Assembly (NCBI GenBank): GCA_964638865.1
Contig: CAZXBG010000006.1
Location: forward strand, 1 to 50,940
Source: an uncultured Chitinophagales bacterium
GTDB lineage: Bacteria; Bacteroidota; Bacteroidia; Chitinophagales; BACL12
DNA: 50,940 bases
Reading direction: 5' to 3'
Of this stretch, positions 47,609 through 50,940 are shown one piece after another (position 1 is the stretch's first letter; every line of letters begins with the position of its first letter). The notes under the pieces are model-generated. The model made no database searches and was not told the DNA's origin. It saw only the letters and a program-made list of their open reading frames with translations. The translations under genes and the position numbers were made by a program.

Positions 47609-49252
47609 ATGTCGCAACTCACACAAAAACATCCTAAAGGATTGTACGTATTGTTCTTCACAGAAATGTGGGAACGCTTCGGGTATTATTTAATGGTTGG
47701 AATTTTCTTTTTGTATTTAAAAGATACAGAAGGAAAGGGAATGGATACCAGAACAGCAATCGACATTGTAGGAACTTATATTGCTTTGGTTTATTTAGCG
47801 CCATTCATTGGAGGAATGATAGCCGATCGGTATATAGGATATTTAAAAGCAATTTTTATTGGCGGGGGTTTAATGGCATTGGGATATTTTGGACTCGCAA
47901 TTAACGGAAGCGATAACATCATGTATCTATCCCTGTTATCCATTATTGTTGGAAACGGATTTTTCAAACCGAATATTTCCACGCTTCTTGGTATTATGTA
48001 TTCCAAGGATGAACTAAAACCGAAAAAAGATTCCGCATATAATATTTTTTATATGGGTATTAATATCGGTGCATTCTTCTGCAATTTCGTTGCGGCGTAT
48101 TTAAGAAATGCGTATGGTTGGGGATATGCTTTTGCTGCTGCAGGTGTGGGAATGTTGATTGGTATTCTGATCCTTGCCTCCTTTGTACGACACGTAAGAG
48201 ATTCAGATATTAAAAAACCAATTTCATCTGATGATCTTCCGTTTTCTAAAATTGCATTGTATGTTTTTCTCCCTGCAATTATTTTCGGAATTATTGGCTG
48301 GATGATAAAAGGAACCATTTTCGGAACAGATTCCTCCGATGCATTTATGTTTGCATGTATTCCCATTGTTACTTTTTATGTATCGCTTTGGGTGCGTGCT
48401 AAAAAAGAAGAAAAATCGAGTATTGCGGCAATTTTAGTGGTGTACGCAATTGCACTTGTTTTTTGGGTGATATATAATCAAAATTCAACTGCTCAAACAA
48501 TTTGGGCTGATACCTATACCGACAGATCAATTTCCCCTGCACTGCAACCCGTTGCAGATAAAATTGGAATGTTGCAAACCATTGATGCTTCCCCTACCGA
48601 TACAATTCCGGTATTAAATGAAAATTTTGTGGCGCAGTTGGATGCAAATGGAGAAGTAATAACCACAGTTGGAGTAAACACCTATTTTCAAAATCTTCCA
48701 AAAGAAGAATGGCCTGCAGATGGGGAAAGTGTGCAGGTTATATCCCCTGAATTATTTCAATCCATAAATCCATTTTTTATTGTTTTATTTACTCCCCTGA
48801 TAATTGGATTATTTGCATGGCTCGCTAAACGAAAACGTGAACCAAGTACACCTTGGAAAATTGTACTGGGAGTTTTGTTCTCCGGATTAAGTATGCTATT
48901 AATGGCATTTGCGGCTATGTCCACAAATATCGCTATAGACAAAACTGCTGCTGCATGGTTAATTTCTAGTTATGCAGTATTTACAATAGGAGAATTATTT
49001 TTAAGTCCCATAGGATTATCATTCATTTCAAAAATTTCGCCTCCCCGATTAACTGCCCTAATGATGGGGGGTTGGTTCTTAATTACTTCCATAGGAGGTA
49101 AATTAGCGGGAACACTTGCAAGTTCCTGGGATATTTTTACAAATAAAACAGCGTTTTTTATGATCATGTTCGTTGCGGCAACTGTAGTTTCTGTTGCAGT
49201 ATTGTTTATCATAAAATGGTTAAACAGAATTGTAAAAGAAAGAGGAGCCTGA
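47609..49252 (+). CDS. POT/PTR-family proton-coupled oligopeptide transporter 2
   Basis: EMWERFGYY, GNGFFKPNIST, FYMGINIG, QSINP and GELFLSP. Confidence 0.95.
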   Translation: MSQLTQKHPKGLYVLFFTEMWERFGYYLMVGIFFLYLKDTEGKGMDTRTAIDIVGTYIALVYLAPFIGGMIADRYIGYLKAIFIGGGLMALGYFGLAINGSDNIMYLSLLSIIVGNGFFKPNISTLLGIMYSKDELKPKKDSAYNIFYMGINIGAFFCNFVAAYLRNAYGWGYAFAAAGVGMLIGILILASFVRHVRDSDIKKPISSDDLPFSKIALYVFLPAIIFGIIGWMIKGTIFGTDSSDAFMFACIPIVTFYVSLWVRAKKEEKSSIAAILVVYAIALVFWVIYNQNSTAQTIWADTYTDRSISPALQPVADKIGMLQTIDASPTDTIPVLNENFVAQLDANGEVITTVGVNTYFQNLPKEEWPADGESVQVISPELFQSINPFFIVLFTPLIIGLFAWLAKRKREPSTPWKIVLGVLFSGLSMLLMAFAAMSTNIAIDKTAAAWLISSYAVFTIGELFLSPIGLSFISKISPPRLTALMMGGWFLITSIGGKLAGTLASSWDIFTNKTAFFMIMFVAATVVSVAVLFIIKWLNRIVKERGA

Positions 49253-49291
49253 TAATTAATTTTTTTATCACCATTAAATAAATACAAGAAA

Positions 49292-50818
49292 ATGAGCGAA
49301 CCAATTGATGAAATAATTATTGAGAAAAATCCAAATCCTACTGATCCGGAATTGGAAAAAATCCAGTCGTTCACAGGAAAATATCCTAAACAACTTTGGT
49401 ATTTGTTTACTGTGGAAATGTGGGAACGCTTCTGTTTTTATGGGATGAGAGGAATGTTGACGGTATTTATGGTTAGCCAGTTAACTTTAACTGATAGGGA
49501 TGCAAGTCTTCAATATGGTGCCATTCAGGCATTTATTTATGCATTTACTTTTATTGGTGGGTTATTTGCGGATAAAATACTAGGATTTAGAAAATCTTTA
49601 TTTTGGGGCGCAATAATGATGATTGCCGGTGGAGTTATAATTGCTGTTTCACCTCAGGATCTATTTTATATTGGTATATGTTTTTCTATTGTTGGAACAG
49701 GTTTTTTCAAACCTAATATTTCTACAATGGTCGGTCAATTATATAAAGAGGGTGATTCCAGAAGAGATGCGGGATTTAGTCTGTTTTATGCGGGAATTAA
49801 TCTGGGTGCAACATTGGGTGGATTGTTGATGGTATTGGTAGGTTTATATGTTTCATGGAATCTCGCTTTCGCATTAGTTGGTGTTGTAATGTTTATTAGT
49901 ATAATTACTTTTTGGTTTACGCAAAAATCATTAGGACCAATCGGGTTGTCACCATTAAGTAAAGACATGCCGGCGTCTAAAAAAAGAACATATGAACTTG
50001 CAACATACATTGGATCCCTGATCGCAATTCCACTCATATTAATATTGGTAAAAAATACCAATTATACTGATATGGTAATGTATATAGTTGGGCCTGCAGC
50101 ATTAATTTATGTTTTTTATGAAATGACAAAATATAAAAGAGACGCCGTTAAGAAATTATTTGCAGCCTTGGTTTTTATTATTTTTTCCATTTTTTTCTGG
50201 GCTTTTTTCGAACAAAGCGGAGGATCTCTTGCTTTATTCGCTTATAATAATGTGCAGCATTCTATGTTTGGAATTAATATGGATCCGAACGTAGTGAACA
50301 ATATTTCAAATTCTATATTTGTAATAATTTTCGCTGCACCTATAGGTTTAATATGGATTTGGTTGTCAAAAAAGAAAAAAGAACCAAACTCTGTAATTAA
50401 ATTTGGCTTGGGATTTTTATTTCTTTCTCTGGCATTCTATGTTTTTTATTCCATGGTGCATTTTGCTACTGCTGCCGGGTTAACCTCTTTGGAAATTTTC
50501 GCTTTGGCATATCTGATAATCACCTTTGGAGAAATATGTTTATCTCCAATTGGTTTGTCGTTGATGACCAAATTGTCACCGCAGCCCATGCAGGGATTGA
50601 TGATGGGAATGTGGTTTTTGGCTAGTGCTTATGGACAATATGTTGCAGGATTGTTAGGCGCAGGAATGACAACTGCCGATAATAATGCTCCCGCTTATGA
50701 AAAGTTAATTTCTTACACAAATGGATATCAACAACTCGCAATTTATGCTGTTATTCTTGGTATCGTTTTAATAGTTATATCACCATTGGTGAGGAAATTA
50801 ATGGGTAATGTGAAATAA
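49292..50818 (+). CDS. POT/PTR-family proton-coupled oligopeptide transporter 3
   Basis: EMWERFCFYG, GTGFFKPNIST, FYAGINLG, FEQSG and GEICLSP. Confidence 0.95.
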   Translation: MSEPIDEIIIEKNPNPTDPELEKIQSFTGKYPKQLWYLFTVEMWERFCFYGMRGMLTVFMVSQLTLTDRDASLQYGAIQAFIYAFTFIGGLFADKILGFRKSLFWGAIMMIAGGVIIAVSPQDLFYIGICFSIVGTGFFKPNISTMVGQLYKEGDSRRDAGFSLFYAGINLGATLGGLLMVLVGLYVSWNLAFALVGVVMFISIITFWFTQKSLGPIGLSPLSKDMPASKKRTYELATYIGSLIAIPLILILVKNTNYTDMVMYIVGPAALIYVFYEMTKYKRDAVKKLFAALVFIIFSIFFWAFFEQSGGSLALFAYNNVQHSMFGINMDPNVVNNISNSIFVIIFAAPIGLIWIWLSKKKKEPNSVIKFGLGFLFLSLAFYVFYSMVHFATAAGLTSLEIFALAYLIITFGEICLSPIGLSLMTKLSPQPMQGLMMGMWFLASAYGQYVAGLLGAGMTTADNNAPAYEKLISYTNGYQQLAIYAVILGIVLIVISPLVRKLMGNVK

Positions 50819-50847
50819 GCTGCTTAGTAGTTTTTCAATAAAATTCT

Positions 50848-50890
50848 AACACATGGTAACAAAGGTCACAATTCTTTGTTAACATGTGTT
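50848..50890 (+). terminator. Long hairpin after the POT cluster
   Basis: aacacatg-g-taacaaag-N9-ctttgtta-a-catgtgtt forms a 16-bp stem with one mismatch. Confidence 0.5.
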
Positions 50891-50891
50891 T

Positions 50892-50899
50892 TATCTTTG
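50892..50899 (+). promoter_or_regulatory. -7 promoter element for a gene probably starting at ATG 50919 (truncated by the window edge)
   Basis: TATCTTTG followed by an ATG 19 nt downstream. Confidence 0.45.
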
Positions 50900-50940
50900 C
50901 AGCAAAATCTGATTTATTATGGAAATTTTTTGTAATAACT

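Overview
AT-rich chromosomal window from a Bacteroidota bacterium. The assignment rests on recurrent TAnnTTTG -7 promoter elements, two proteins with T9SS C-terminal domains, a UpxY gene and purH-mreBCD-mrdA-rodA synteny. About 40 CDS are present, mostly housekeeping: purN, purH, the mre/mrd cluster, hutH, htpG, lysA, aspS, ggt, polA, lemA-TPM-TPM, trmB and several transporters. No rRNA, tRNA, CRISPR array, transposase or prophage was seen. Four signals stand out. (1) A compact three-gene operon (alkylglycerol-monooxygenase-like di-iron membrane enzyme, YhhN/TMEM86 lysoplasmalogenase, GDPD lipoprotein) reads as a bacterial ether-lipid catabolic pathway. (2) An unannotated Lys-codon leader peptide with mutually exclusive hairpins and a terminator lies upstream of lysA, a candidate ribosome-mediated lysine attenuator. 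(3) A decayed four-helix-bundle (23S rRNA IVS-protein family) gene is enclosed by inverted CAGTCR hexamer arrays, and the same arrays recur next to other stop codons. (4) Two 66-74 bp palindromes are built on 28-nt GTAG...CTAC REP-like cores. All family calls are by motif recognition; no database search or folding program was run.
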